Shown piece by piece: positions 9,288-19,048 of a DNA stretch of 52,377 nt; the stretch's first letter is position 1, and every line of letters starts with the position of its first letter. The translations under genes were made by a program, and so were the position numbers. Source of the DNA: a virus; IMG/VR virus record IMGVR_UViG_3300024239_000355, positions 1 to 52,377 of that record, one strand, 5' to 3'. Below the pieces are notes generated by a model that saw only the letters and a list, made by a program, of their open reading frames with translations, ran no database searches and was not told the origin of the DNA.

Positions 9288-11546
9288 TTAGCTATTGAGA
9301 GCTTTCTTTGCCAAATTAGTAGCAATGTTATTGACCGGAGCATCCCACCGTTGTTGGCGTTTAGTGCCCAAGCTGTGCCCGACAATCTTTGTAAGATCGA
9401 GCGCATCAATGTCAGGATGTACGTCCGCCATCGCATTCGCAACCAGACTATCAATCCCGGCTTCTGCTAACAACCGTGCAGCAATTTGTTCACGAACCGC
9501 CGCCTCGGTGCGTTCGGTGAGGAAATCGCGCATGACAGGAGAGGGCGGGATAACCTTTTCGGTGTATTCTACCATTTTATCATCCAACCAGTCCAAAAAC
9601 TGCGGCGTGGTCATGGCGTTCAGTTCTACACGCTTAGTCTGAAGCCAATCGCTCCATTCCCACTCAAGGTATTTGGCAACGGGATATCGACGTTTGATGT
9701 CATCTTCCGAACGGTATTCTTCTACCTGAAGTCCCATCGCCAATGCTTCGTCTGGGTCAAGACCGAGGTTGATCACATTTACTTTACGCGCTCTACGCGC
9801 CTTTGTTGCCTCAGTCAATGCCTGAAAAATCATGGTTCCGCTGGCATCAGCATCATGAATGCAGAAGAACCAAATTGGACCTTGACTTTCGTCGTCGCCC
9901 AGCAAATCAAGAAGGTCGCGGGCAGCACGAGATGCGAATCCCTTACTTGTCATTAGTGCGCAATCGTGCCGTTCGGGCCAACCCGCGTCACGAAGGATCG
10001 GGAAGAAACCTTCCTTCTCCGAGTACAGAATTTTATTGAACGTCCAGGCAGGGCGTGAGTACCGCTCGACATTGATTGTTCCAAGCGGGATTTCTTCGCC
10101 TGTGTGTGGGTGGTAAAGCGTACCACGCGGGTCACGATAAAGACCCGGAAGATCACCGTATTCCGCCTCATAATTGGTTATGACCGTTGCGAAATAGGTA
10201 TAGTCAGGTTCTTTACCAAATTCATCAATGACCGCAGGACGCACGGCGTAAAACAATTGTCGAAGAGAGTAGCGGTACTGTCCCCAGCCGCTCGCCTTTT
10301 CAATGGCATCCCACAGTACCCTTTCAATGATGCCTTTTTGCTTAGGCAGCGGGTCACCACTCGCATTCATGCGTTTGGCTTTCTTTGCCGCCGATCCGAT
10401 AACCTTGTGCAGCGGGTCGAGGAACCGCCGAAGATCGGGTTCTTTACCGTCCGTTGTGATTGGCATGTAAGGCGTAATCACATTGATCACGATGGATACG
10501 GTTTTCCGCCCCACCTCGAACGCATGTGCTAAGCCGCATCCAAAAATTCCCACTTTTGCGCTGGTGTGGCGACTAATGCTCACTTCACCGGTAATGGGGG
10601 TGTGATTCACAAGAACAGTAATGCTATCTTTGTCCTTGCCGTCGTCCTTACCAACCACGACTTCGATCACATATGGAACTTGGGCAGGTGTATGATGACC
10701 AACCTCAATCATCCCATTTTCAATGGCATAGCCGTATTCACCACCCCATTTTCCCATTTTCCCAAGCAACGATGGTTTGGGCGCGGGCGAAAGGTTGCGA
10801 AGTACGTGCAACAAAAGATCAGCATGATCGCGGGTGATTTTCGCACACGATATGCTCTTCTGACCGAAGCTCTCTTGAATTACGCTTGATGCAATGTTGT
10901 GGGTAATGTTGCGGAACAATACCAACAGATCGACCAACGACCGATCACCAGCGGCATTGCACATTTCATAAAAAGCATTGCGGTCATACCACCAGGGTGA
11001 AGTTCCACCCTGATAGCTGTTCCCCAATCCAGCAATGAAAATGGCGTATTTTGCCCACGCCAACGGATCGAACCGAGTTGGGATACTCGGTCCAAATTTC
11101 ACAGCAACCAATGTACCTTCGGTACGGGCGCATGGCTCGCTTGTTGCTTCGGTAGACCCATCATCGCAGGGTGTAAGGGTATGGCGCTCCCCATGTGTTT
11201 CCACATACAACGAGCCGTGTGATGCCAGAATGGCACCGGCAACCACACGCAAACCATTTCCTAACGCCCCGCGCGATGGAAGGCGAACCAACTTGGAAGA
11301 AGTTAGGGGACGGCGGATGGAAAAAAGGCGTGCAATACTTTCCGCACCACCATCGATACCGGGACCGGTATCTTCAATCATATACCAGCCGTCCTGTTCG
11401 AAGACGCGACAATCGCCGCAGGCGTCTAGGGCGTTATCCGCCAATTCCTTGACCACGAGTGCAGCCAACTTCATAAGCGGAACGCCAGCTTTCTGCCCTA
11501 GCGTTTCAAGATTTCGGAATAGGGTCCAATCTTCGCGTTCGAACAT
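9288..11546 (-). CDS. fused GHKL ATPase + winged-helix/TOPRIM protein (topoisomerase VI/VIII-like)
   Basis: KELADNALDA, EDTGPGI and RGALGNGL (GHKL); RQLFY, SEKEG and HDADASG (Top6A/Spo11-like). Confidence 0.75.
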   Translation of the reverse strand: MFEREDWTLFRNLETLGQKAGVPLMKLAALVVKELADNALDACGDCRVFEQDGWYMIEDTGPGIDGGAESIARLFSIRRPLTSSKLVRLPSRGALGNGLRVVAGAILASHGSLYVETHGERHTLTPCDDGSTEATSEPCARTEGTLVAVKFGPSIPTRFDPLAWAKYAIFIAGLGNSYQGGTSPWWYDRNAFYEMCNAAGDRSLVDLLVLFRNITHNIASSVIQESFGQKSISCAKITRDHADLLLHVLRNLSPAPKPSLLGKMGKWGGEYGYAIENGMIEVGHHTPAQVPYVIEVVVGKDDGKDKDSITVLVNHTPITGEVSISRHTSAKVGIFGCGLAHAFEVGRKTVSIVINVITPYMPITTDGKEPDLRRFLDPLHKVIGSAAKKAKRMNASGDPLPKQKGIIERVLWDAIEKASGWGQYRYSLRQLFYAVRPAVIDEFGKEPDYTYFATVITNYEAEYGDLPGLYRDPRGTLYHPHTGEEIPLGTINVERYSRPAWTFNKILYSEKEGFFPILRDAGWPERHDCALMTSKGFASRAARDLLDLLGDDESQGPIWFFCIHDADASGTMIFQALTEATKARRARKVNVINLGLDPDEALAMGLQVEEYRSEDDIKRRYPVAKYLEWEWSDWLQTKRVELNAMTTPQFLDWLDDKMVEYTEKVIPPSPVMRDFLTERTEAAVREQIAARLLAEAGIDSLVANAMADVHPDIDALDLTKIVGHSLGTKRQQRWDAPVNNIATNLAKKALNS

Positions 11547-11571
11547 CTTTCACCTCTGCGTCAATTATATA

Positions 11572-12678
11572 CTACACGGAGGTTGAAGTCAAATCGTCGC
11601 CATTTGGTATCAGAATTGGTTCGAACTGCGTAACGTTCATATAGTCACCGGGTGCCGAAATCCGGAAGTTGGTGGTTGGGTTTCCGCATTTACTGCACTT
11701 GGTTGGGTCACGCCCTGGTGGAACGTTGCCTTCAAGGACATGGACGGTTTCGCAGTTGTTGCACGTGACAAGGCGGGGTTTGTGGGGATGGGGAACCTCA
11801 CCGACCGTCCGCTCGAACAGTCGAGTTGCGACATCCATTAGATGATCGCGCCATGCCAACTGTTCGATCCATTCAGTCGGGATACTGGACAGACCATAAA
11901 GTGATCCGGCGATTTGACCAGCAACCGCCGCCACGGTATCCGCATCAACCCCAAGATTGGCAGCAAGCAGCACCGCATCTTTGAAATTATCTGTCTGTCC
12001 TACCGCCCACTGTGCCGCTTCCAGTGTATGCACAACGAAACCAGTGGAATGAATATCGTCGCGTGACTTGGAAACAATTTCCATCGGGCACTGATAGCCC
12101 TTGCCCTGAATGTTGTTCACTATAATGTCAGACAGCGTGGTGACGGCAGTTAGAACCAGATTAGAGGCATGTGTAGTACGGCTGTGTTCGATGGACTTTG
12201 CACGTGCCATCTCGATATCGTCATGGAAGAAAATCGGTACGGGGGCAAGGCGCATGATCGAACCATTTCCGGATTCCTCTGGTTCGGTGCTTCCTGCGAG
12301 GGGGTTGCCGAAGAAGGGATTCCATGGGACATCGTTGCTGTATCGTTGTAATGCCCGCTTGACGGTAGCGCCCAGCCCAATTCCAATATTGGTATGGGTG
12401 TAATTGGCATTCCGTATCCAATCGACAAAGCGATCCATGATATCACGAGGATCAACGTCGCCTTTCGCCAGCACGCTATGGGCTAGTGCCAAAGCCATTG
12501 CCGTGTCATCGGTCCAATCGCCTGCCCGGAGCCTAAAATAACCGCCAGCACGCATGCCGGTCACCGGTTCGAACGTATCTCGCTTCAAGAATTCGACTGG
12601 GGCGCCGATTGCATCGCCCACAGCCAATCCGATGAAAGCGCCGAGTGCTTTATCCTTCATTTGCGTCCTCGCTGCCAT
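11572..12678 (-). CDS. ADP-ribosylglycohydrolase (DraG/ARH family) with C-terminal CxxC ribbon
   Basis: GLAVGDAIG, WTDDT, GNGSIMR and DADT motifs. Confidence 0.9.
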   Translation of the reverse strand: MAARTQMKDKALGAFIGLAVGDAIGAPVEFLKRDTFEPVTGMRAGGYFRLRAGDWTDDTAMALALAHSVLAKGDVDPRDIMDRFVDWIRNANYTHTNIGIGLGATVKRALQRYSNDVPWNPFFGNPLAGSTEPEESGNGSIMRLAPVPIFFHDDIEMARAKSIEHSRTTHASNLVLTAVTTLSDIIVNNIQGKGYQCPMEIVSKSRDDIHSTGFVVHTLEAAQWAVGQTDNFKDAVLLAANLGVDADTVAAVAGQIAGSLYGLSSIPTEWIEQLAWRDHLMDVATRLFERTVGEVPHPHKPRLVTCNNCETVHVLEGNVPPGRDPTKCSKCGNPTTNFRISAPGDYMNVTQFEPILIPNGDDLTSTSV

Positions 12679-12766
12679 GCTTCAATGATGAAACGTCGGG
12701 TGATGGTGAGAGAGTAATAATCTTTAATGGTTGGTCGTTTGATACCCGCTAAACGGCGTAATTCAT

Positions 12767-13231
12767 TTAATCTTCCCATTTTTCATCCAGTTCTTCCGAA
12801 TATTCATTGGACGCAACCAGTGGACCGCCATATTCCGGAAGATCATCTATCTTGAAATCAATGGACGAATAACTGAGCGTGATGTGGGGTTGGTATTCAT
12901 CCCAGTCCCATGATGCATTATAAGCACCCATCAGTTCTTGGTGGTGCTGCACGAGATCAGGAGAAACGAGTAACATCACCAATACATTCTTGTCTTCTCC
13001 AAACAAGTCAAACCCAGAAAATTTAATATCCCAATCAGGAATATTATTACCCAATGGTTCAAAATCAAAAACTGGTTTGCGTGAATAGAGAACCGTGGTG
13101 TGTATATCATCCCGACCAACCGGGTTGGGGATTTTGTTGTCGTTGATAAATTTCAGAATCGCATCAACGGTGGCATCGTTATACCGAACCCCGCAGAATA
13201 AACCCTTTTCAATTTCGGTTACTTTCATCAA
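12767..13231 (-). CDS. Acb1/T4 gp57B-like 2H phosphodiesterase
   Basis: IHTTVLYSRK and DWDEYQPHITLSY motifs. Confidence 0.8.
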   Translation of the reverse strand: MMKVTEIEKGLFCGVRYNDATVDAILKFINDNKIPNPVGRDDIHTTVLYSRKPVFDFEPLGNNIPDWDIKFSGFDLFGEDKNVLVMLLVSPDLVQHHQELMGAYNASWDWDEYQPHITLSYSSIDFKIDDLPEYGGPLVASNEYSEELDEKWED

Positions 13232-13284
13232 TCATCCTCTTCGAATATTGTTGACCCAAAAACGTCGCGATAGTGGACACAACA

Positions 13285-13467
13285 TCAATAATGTTGATTA
13301 CCTTCGCGATCAACACTTTCCGAGACATAGATTGTGATGCGCTTTCCGGTATCCGGATTTTCGAGATAATAGATTACATCACCACAAGATTTAGAAAAAT
13401 CGGTGTATTCGCCATACGACCATCCAAATGCTGGTCGCATGATCCTCTCAAAACACTCGATTGTCAA
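13285..13467 (-). CDS. hypothetical protein
   Basis: Short ORF only. Confidence 0.35.
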   Translation of the reverse strand: MTIECFERIMRPAFGWSYGEYTDFSKSCGDVIYYLENPDTGKRITIYVSESVDREGNQHY

Positions 13468-13490
13468 TTTACTTCATAAATACAAACACT

Positions 13491-14180
13491 ATGAAAATAC
13501 GCGAAATCCTTGAAAATACACAACGTCCCAACCTCAATGATGCTTTCCGTCGATGGTTTGCTGGAAGTAAAGTAGTAGATGCAAAAGGCAATCCGCTGAT
13601 TGTTTATCATGGAACCAACCAGACGATTGATAAATTTGCTACTAGACGATTAGGTGCAAACACGGGAACTGTCAGTTCCAAAGCGTTCTTTTTCACCGAA
13701 CATCCAGCCGAAGCGGGGGAATATGCCGCGTTGTCGGCACGTCGTCAGGTTAGTAACGCAGAAGAACGTGAGGAAAAGGCAGCATATTTTCAACGAGAAA
13801 TTAATCGTGCATATGCACGCAATGACTTTGATCGTGCTGAGAAACTTACGCTTGAATATGAGGCGTCAGAACAAGAAGTATTTGATGGTCATGATATTGG
13901 CGCCAACATTCTCCCGGTGTATTTGTCTGTCAAAAATCCGTTCGTCTTTGATATGGAGGGGAAAGACCTTTATGCTCTTTCTGCTGCGATAGATCATGCC
14001 AAAACAAATGGTTATGATGGTATGCATCTTAAGAACGTTTTTGACCCGGTGGATGATCGTCCCGAAGCATTTAATACAATCCAGTGGATCGTTTTCAAAC
14101 CTACGCAGATCAAATCGATATTCAACCGAGGTACATGGAATGGTCGTAGTGCAAAGTTGAGTGAAATGCTACGGTCATGA
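13491..14180 (+). CDS. ADP-ribosyltransferase-like protein (ART-PolyVal-like)
   Basis: MKIREILE leader; WFAGSKVVD..PLIVYHGT, FFFT, GYDG, FKPTQIKS; TAAATA at 13477. Confidence 0.75.
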   Translation: MKIREILENTQRPNLNDAFRRWFAGSKVVDAKGNPLIVYHGTNQTIDKFATRRLGANTGTVSSKAFFFTEHPAEAGEYAALSARRQVSNAEEREEKAAYFQREINRAYARNDFDRAEKLTLEYEASEQEVFDGHDIGANILPVYLSVKNPFVFDMEGKDLYALSAAIDHAKTNGYDGMHLKNVFDPVDDRPEAFNTIQWIVFKPTQIKSIFNRGTWNGRSAKLSEMLRS

Positions 14181-14605
14181 GAGTATGCGAAATCCTTACC
14201 GAGGCAAAAACCTATACAATACTGTCACGCAAACAGATATCCAGTCAGGAATGGCTTGGTGTATACCGCTTACACGATAACACCATACTCCACGTCACGG
14301 TCAAACCTCCGTACCGCGATGGCGATATCTATGTGAGTGCTGATGTTGGAACCGCTGAAGATAACCTGAAACACATCGGTTACTGTCTTTATCATCCAAA
14401 GACTAAAGCGGTTGAAGAGGTCGATGTGGACGAAGAATATCGACGGTGTGGGGTCGCAACTGTTATGTATGACCAGTTGGTTGCCTTGGGTTACAAAGTT
14501 CGTCCAGCCAAAGTACAAGAAATCGACGGAAAACTGTTCTGGGCGGATCGCAAAACCCGGCGTAAGTCGGTTGGAGTATTTACCCCGACAGAAGGATGCT
14601 CTTGA
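14177..14605 (+). CDS. GNAT-like acetyltransferase with MRVCEIL leader
   Basis: VDEEYRRCGVATVMYD...DGKLFW. Confidence 0.7.
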   Translation: MRVCEILTEAKTYTILSRKQISSQEWLGVYRLHDNTILHVTVKPPYRDGDIYVSADVGTAEDNLKHIGYCLYHPKTKAVEEVDVDEEYRRCGVATVMYDQLVALGYKVRPAKVQEIDGKLFWADRKTRRKSVGVFTPTEGCS

Positions 14606-14657
14606 CAATAGGGGCTTTGCACGTCTAATTTGGATTAGACCAAGGCGTGAGGCGAAA

Positions 14658-14951
14658 ATGATCACGGTGGCTGATCTGAAGTATTCGGTCAAGGATATCA
14701 TTGCCCTGACCATGCATCCATTGTTCTCTGGTTTTACCGCCGCTACATGTTCGTGCGGCGCATCCGCGAACGTTATTACCACCGTCCCCGGCTGGTTTTG
14801 TCCGTGTGGGAAATATAACGGGTTGCCCTGGTATGAAGAAACGGTTCCCCATGCCAACCCCACGTTTGGTCCTTCTGCGCGTGTCATTCGCAATGGCATC
14901 CGTATCGGACGGCTCGTTACCACGGTGAAGAACTGGTGGAAAACGCAATGA
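14658..14951 (+). CDS. small Cys-rich (Zn-ribbon) protein
   Basis: CSCG and CPCG pairs; GAGG Shine-Dalgarno upstream. Confidence 0.6.
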   Translation: MITVADLKYSVKDIIALTMHPLFSGFTAATCSCGASANVITTVPGWFCPCGKYNGLPWYEETVPHANPTFGPSARVIRNGIRIGRLVTTVKNWWKTQ

Positions 14952-14994
14952 AATACTTCCTGCTCTTGGTGCTGGCTCTTGTGATGTTCCTGAA

Positions 14995-15405
14995 TTGGAT
15001 CGGGAGCCATTTCGTTGCGTGTGGCTCGCCAGTCTGATTTATGAAGACCGAAATTACTTCGGATACTTCATGTTTGGCGGGGTCGCTTCGCTTGTCATAA
15101 CCGTGGTTGCTGCTTTGTTCACCACAAGGGTTTTGTCCGATAAGCGCCCACAATACCTGACGGCGGGCGTCTTTATTGCGGCGTATTGTTTGACACAGGT
15201 GGTCGGGATCAGGATGCATTACGAAGATGCGTCTGAGGGACCACGTTTATCAGCCTTGATGCGCGTCAATCAGGCATGTGAGCGCGATGCTACTCTCATC
15301 GGCTGTCCTGAAGCATTGGCACAGTGGAAGGCATGGGTTGCCTTAAATGATGCACGTACCCACCAAACCAATCAAAAAATCATCAATCGGTTAGCGAGTG
15401 AATAA
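14995..15405 (+). CDS. membrane protein, start uncertain
   Basis: Two hydrophobic segments; a hydrophobic N-terminus from ATG 14948 is out of frame. Confidence 0.5.
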   Translation: MDREPFRCVWLASLIYEDRNYFGYFMFGGVASLVITVVAALFTTRVLSDKRPQYLTAGVFIAAYCLTQVVGIRMHYEDASEGPRLSALMRVNQACERDATLIGCPEALAQWKAWVALNDARTHQTNQKIINRLASE

Positions 15406-15591
15406 ATGTTGCATCATTAGGGGGTAATCTCTATAAGGAACGTTGGTGGCGACAACCAGCGTTCCTCCACCCCTTTGGGTAGTGAAAGTCGCGCTTCTAA
15501 CATGCGAACTCCTTTTCCATGACGGGGTTCGGGCAATGGAGGACACCCGAGAGTTTTACTCGCACCGTCATGTGTGAAAGGGTGTTTGCTT

Positions 15592-16476
15592 ATGTTTTCT
15601 ATTTCCAATACGACCGATGCCAAGGCTGCTGCCAAGCGCCTGCGTAACCGGCTTGCCCGTGAGGGTATCAACATCAGCAATTCGCTGGCTCTCGAAACTG
15701 TTTCCGCCATGATGAACCACAAGAACTGGAACGTCAGTGCGGCGTTGCTGGATCAGCCTGTCCGTATGGCAAGCCCATTCCTGGGTGTACAGCCGTGGGA
15801 GAACGCCTCCTACCACGTGGTCGAATATACCGGGGAACAGCCCCGCGTACCCGAAGACCTCATAAAATTGATGAGCAATGGACCGGTGGTTTTAGAAGGT
15901 CGCCCGGCGCCTGGGCGCCTAGCCCTCACGAAAGTGGGGTCGAAGGACGATATCCAAAATCTGTTCCATGTCCCTGACATTCGATCCGCCGAACGCCTCG
16001 CTCTGACCCTGTGTGATCGTCGGTTCTCGGCGGTTTTTGATCCCACCAAAGTGATGGTCACTGAACTTGGTAATGAGGACCGTTGGGTGGCGTTGTTCAT
16101 TATGATCAATCGGCAAGCGAACACGATTGCCGCTTGTACCCGCCGGGGTGCTGGGAATGTTGTGCTGGTGTCGAACAAGCTCTATGAGACGAAGCTAAAA
16201 CCATGTATCGAGAATAGTACGCTTGGTATATGGGATCGCAATGACCCGGTGCATGTACAAGAAGGTGATTACACCATGTACTGTACCATTAATGGCTCTT
16301 TAAAACTGTATGGGTCCGATCACATCCCCGAAAACCGCGTTTACGTGGCGTATAAAGGTGGGGAAGACGATGCGGGTGCCTACGTCTACGCGGATGGCGA
16401 AACCCTGTACATGCACACTCCAATTCGTGGATTGTGCAACCTCGACAACTTCATACGAGCCATCCACATCAAGTAA
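15592..16476 (+). CDS. Glyoxalase_8-like N-terminal domain fused to a gp23 (major capsid)-like C-terminal region
   Basis: AKAAAKRLR...ALETVSAMMNHKNWN; TRRGAGNVVLVS, TINGSLKLY and VAYKGGEDDAGAY resemble the T4 gp23 C-terminus. Confidence 0.6.
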   Translation: MFSISNTTDAKAAAKRLRNRLAREGINISNSLALETVSAMMNHKNWNVSAALLDQPVRMASPFLGVQPWENASYHVVEYTGEQPRVPEDLIKLMSNGPVVLEGRPAPGRLALTKVGSKDDIQNLFHVPDIRSAERLALTLCDRRFSAVFDPTKVMVTELGNEDRWVALFIMINRQANTIAACTRRGAGNVVLVSNKLYETKLKPCIENSTLGIWDRNDPVHVQEGDYTMYCTINGSLKLYGSDHIPENRVYVAYKGGEDDAGAYVYADGETLYMHTPIRGLCNLDNFIRAIHIK

Positions 16477-16516
16477 AAAATTAAAGGGCACCGTAAGGTG
16501 CCCTTTCTTTTCAGGC

Positions 16517-16681
16517 TTAGACGCCCGAGCCGCCGTCACCCCAGTTGTAGCGGGCGAAACGCCCGGCGGACTTGGCGAGCATGCTCACATCGCGACCGTT
16601 GCGCAGAGCGCGGTTGATGGCGTGCTTCTGAGCGCGACGAACGGTGCGACGAAAGATGGACTTGCCCTTACCCTTGGTCAT
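16517..16681 (-). CDS. small basic protein
   Basis: Arg/Lys-rich 54 aa, AGGA Shine-Dalgarno, terminator downstream. Confidence 0.55.
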   Translation of the reverse strand: MTKGKGKSIFRRTVRRAQKHAINRALRNGRDVSMLAKSAGRFARYNWGDGGSGV

Positions 16682-16767
16682 GACACGTCGTCCTGTGAAG
16701 TTGTTGACCCATTTTATACAGGTCAAAGTGGCGTTTGTCAAGTTCCCACAAAGAAATAAATACCAGC

Positions 16768-17235
16768 ATGAGAATACACGAACTCTATGAAGATGCGGTC
16801 ACTTCACCAATGACCAAAAGCGATCATCCCTCATATAAATTTTGGGTCAATGCGGCTGGCGGCGACTTCATAAATTTCCCTGAATCGGATCAACATGCAT
16901 TGGTCGCGAAGGATTACCCTGATACGTTTGGGATCGAAGTCGCAGGGGATGAACGGTTTGAATACGAGGGTGAATGGTCCGACGCCATCATGCAGAAGAT
17001 GTTCGACCGTGGATGGGTACGTGGTGCCTATATCAATCGGCACCACCAACTGTTCTTACAATCCACCAATCTGGCGAACATCAAGAAAGTGGCGAGGCGT
17101 TTGTATGGTCTGATAACTCCGTTCGAAGTCATGATCGATGTCGGGGATAGTCTGACCAATTACGAGGCAACGTACTCGCTCTACAATTCCGACGAAATCG
17201 AACGTTTCATGAAGTTTGGGCGACTGCCCACATAA
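16768..17235 (+). CDS. late protein with MRIHELYE leader
   Basis: TAAATA 5 nt upstream; contains GWVRG. Confidence 0.7.
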   Translation: MRIHELYEDAVTSPMTKSDHPSYKFWVNAAGGDFINFPESDQHALVAKDYPDTFGIEVAGDERFEYEGEWSDAIMQKMFDRGWVRGAYINRHHQLFLQSTNLANIKKVARRLYGLITPFEVMIDVGDSLTNYEATYSLYNSDEIERFMKFGRLPT

Positions 17236-17269
17236 GAAAAAGGCGGGATTTTCTCCCGCCTTTCCCTCA

Positions 17270-17773
17270 TCATCCGACCGAGAGAATTCGGTCGGCGGCA
17301 TCATTTGCCGCGCGATCCAGCCGCTCCATCATCTGACGGATCATCAGATCGACGTATTCGGGGTGGCGCCAGTCGGCGCGTTCCAGCAGCATACGGTCGC
17401 GCTCAACGCGAGCAGCCTTCTCCCGTTCCGCGCGTTTCTTCCGCACAGCTTCTTCCCGCGCCGAGCGGTCGTTTTCGATCATTTCCGTGTGAAACTGATT
17501 GGCGGCGGCGATGTCGTCGTGCAGACCGACCTTGGTGAATTCATCCAGGCGCCGCGTGGTATAGCGTTCGGCAGACGAACAAATGTTCGTCAGGTAATTG
17601 TCAGACAGTCCATCGCCCTCACCATTCCACAGCCGATACCCGTAGATGACGTGTTGGTTTTCATCACGCCCCACGGTGATTATGACTGGCAATTTCTTGT
17701 GCAGCAGGGTTCCATCCAACAGAAGCGTCCAATTATCATAGACGCTTTGTTCATAGCTACGACCGTCCAGCAT
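17270..17773 (-). CDS. hypothetical protein
   Basis: GGAG Shine-Dalgarno, sigma70-like promoter, C-terminal coiled coil. Confidence 0.7.
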   Translation of the reverse strand: MLDGRSYEQSVYDNWTLLLDGTLLHKKLPVIITVGRDENQHVIYGYRLWNGEGDGLSDNYLTNICSSAERYTTRRLDEFTKVGLHDDIAAANQFHTEMIENDRSAREEAVRKKRAEREKAARVERDRMLLERADWRHPEYVDLMIRQMMERLDRAANDAADRILSVG

Positions 17774-17889
17774 GGCAAAGCTCCCAACTCGTTGTTGGGT
17801 ATATAATATGACGTGTGCAACTTTATGTCAATAGGGTATGGTAGTAGAAACGGATTTTTTATCACCTAATCAGAAGTAACGACATTGTT

Positions 17890-18339
17890 TTAGATGTCTA
17901 GCATTCTCTTGAAGTTGGGGTTCTTAGATAGGTAAAAATACTCGCCATTCGACACCCAGTAAATACCATCGGCGTCAGCGGGTTCCGTCTCGTCCCACCC
18001 ATCATATGTATCAATATCGTTGACAAAATTCGGATCGAGTGACAGGACAAAAGAATCATAGTCCTCAATTTCATCTTCGTCCCGATCAATCCACTTGATA
18101 ATACCACTATCGGCAAGCCATCGCACGGCAACCGAATGGATGACTTGAAAACTGTCCCAAACAACAACGACGCCTGATTTCGCAACAACCCCGCGAAGGT
18201 CAAATCGCTGAAGTAACGCCATAATGTCGGATCGACTCGGGTTTGCCCACGCCCATGGTTCGCCGTCGTCGTTCTTAATCAGGCGAGCTTCCATCATGGA
18301 TGTTTCAACAAGGCGTATGAATTTCTGAATATCTTTCAT
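17890..18339 (-). CDS. acidic late protein with DIQKFIRLVE leader
   Basis: Leader similarity to 5876, 8120 and 46990. Confidence 0.65.
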   Translation of the reverse strand: MKDIQKFIRLVETSMMEARLIKNDDGEPWAWANPSRSDIMALLQRFDLRGVVAKSGVVVVWDSFQVIHSVAVRWLADSGIIKWIDRDEDEIEDYDSFVLSLDPNFVNDIDTYDGWDETEPADADGIYWVSNGEYFYLSKNPNFKRMLDI

Positions 18340-18347
18340 GCTGTATC

Positions 18348-19046
18348 CTATATGAACCGGTACGGGTCGGCGGCTGCCCTGCTGATTTTCTTGACCATGC
18401 GCCATTTGATCGGTTCCGGGCTGACACAGTACCCAATCACTTCTTCTGCACCATGGGTGGTGAGGATGCGCTTATCATGCGCGGGGATCAGCCCGCAACT
18501 CACCAGCGCATCCGCGAAAGCAACAAAGTCCAGACCGCCTTCCATATGACCTTTGTAGATCACGTTGCGGGTATGAAAACTCTTTAAGCCGTGGAAGTAA
18601 TTGATTCCGTCAAGGCTCTTGGCCCATGAGTCCATCTTGGCGAATTGAACCTCGGACTTGAGAAATTGGTAGAACTCGGCTTTCGCTTCTACATCCTTAG
18701 CGTCATAATGATCGATCATCCGGAGCAACGCCGGGTATTTCTGTTTCACCGATGGTAGTTTTTGCGCAAAAGTTTCGAGGGAAATTCCTATAATGCGGTA
18801 ACATGTTCCGGTATACGGGAATACTTCAGCGATTGCCTTGTACTTCCAATATTCGGTACTTAGGGCAGTGCCCTTGCTATTATGCCACATTCCGGAAAAG
18901 AAACTGGTCGCATGGCTCAACACAACGTGGGCAGCGTAGGGAGTCCCGGCGTATTTTGAGAACCCTTCGGTTTGCAACAGTGCATTAGCCAATTGCTCGC
19001 GTTTCTGTTGTGCATCATCAGGCGTGATTACTTCATAAACCCGCAT
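18348..19046 (-). CDS. late protein with MRVYEV leader; possible ART-like fold
   Basis: GTCYR, SWAKS and AEEVI echo the R-S-E triad. Confidence 0.55.
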   Translation of the reverse strand: MRVYEVITPDDAQQKREQLANALLQTEGFSKYAGTPYAAHVVLSHATSFFSGMWHNSKGTALSTEYWKYKAIAEVFPYTGTCYRIIGISLETFAQKLPSVKQKYPALLRMIDHYDAKDVEAKAEFYQFLKSEVQFAKMDSWAKSLDGINYFHGLKSFHTRNVIYKGHMEGGLDFVAFADALVSCGLIPAHDKRILTTHGAEEVIGYCVSPEPIKWRMVKKISRAAADPYRFI

Positions 19047-19048
19047 GC

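Noticed and set aside
14948-15037. Programmed frameshift joining a hydrophobic N-terminus to the 14995 ORF
   Set aside because: No slippery sequence or stimulatory structure seen; more likely a simple indel or sequencing error
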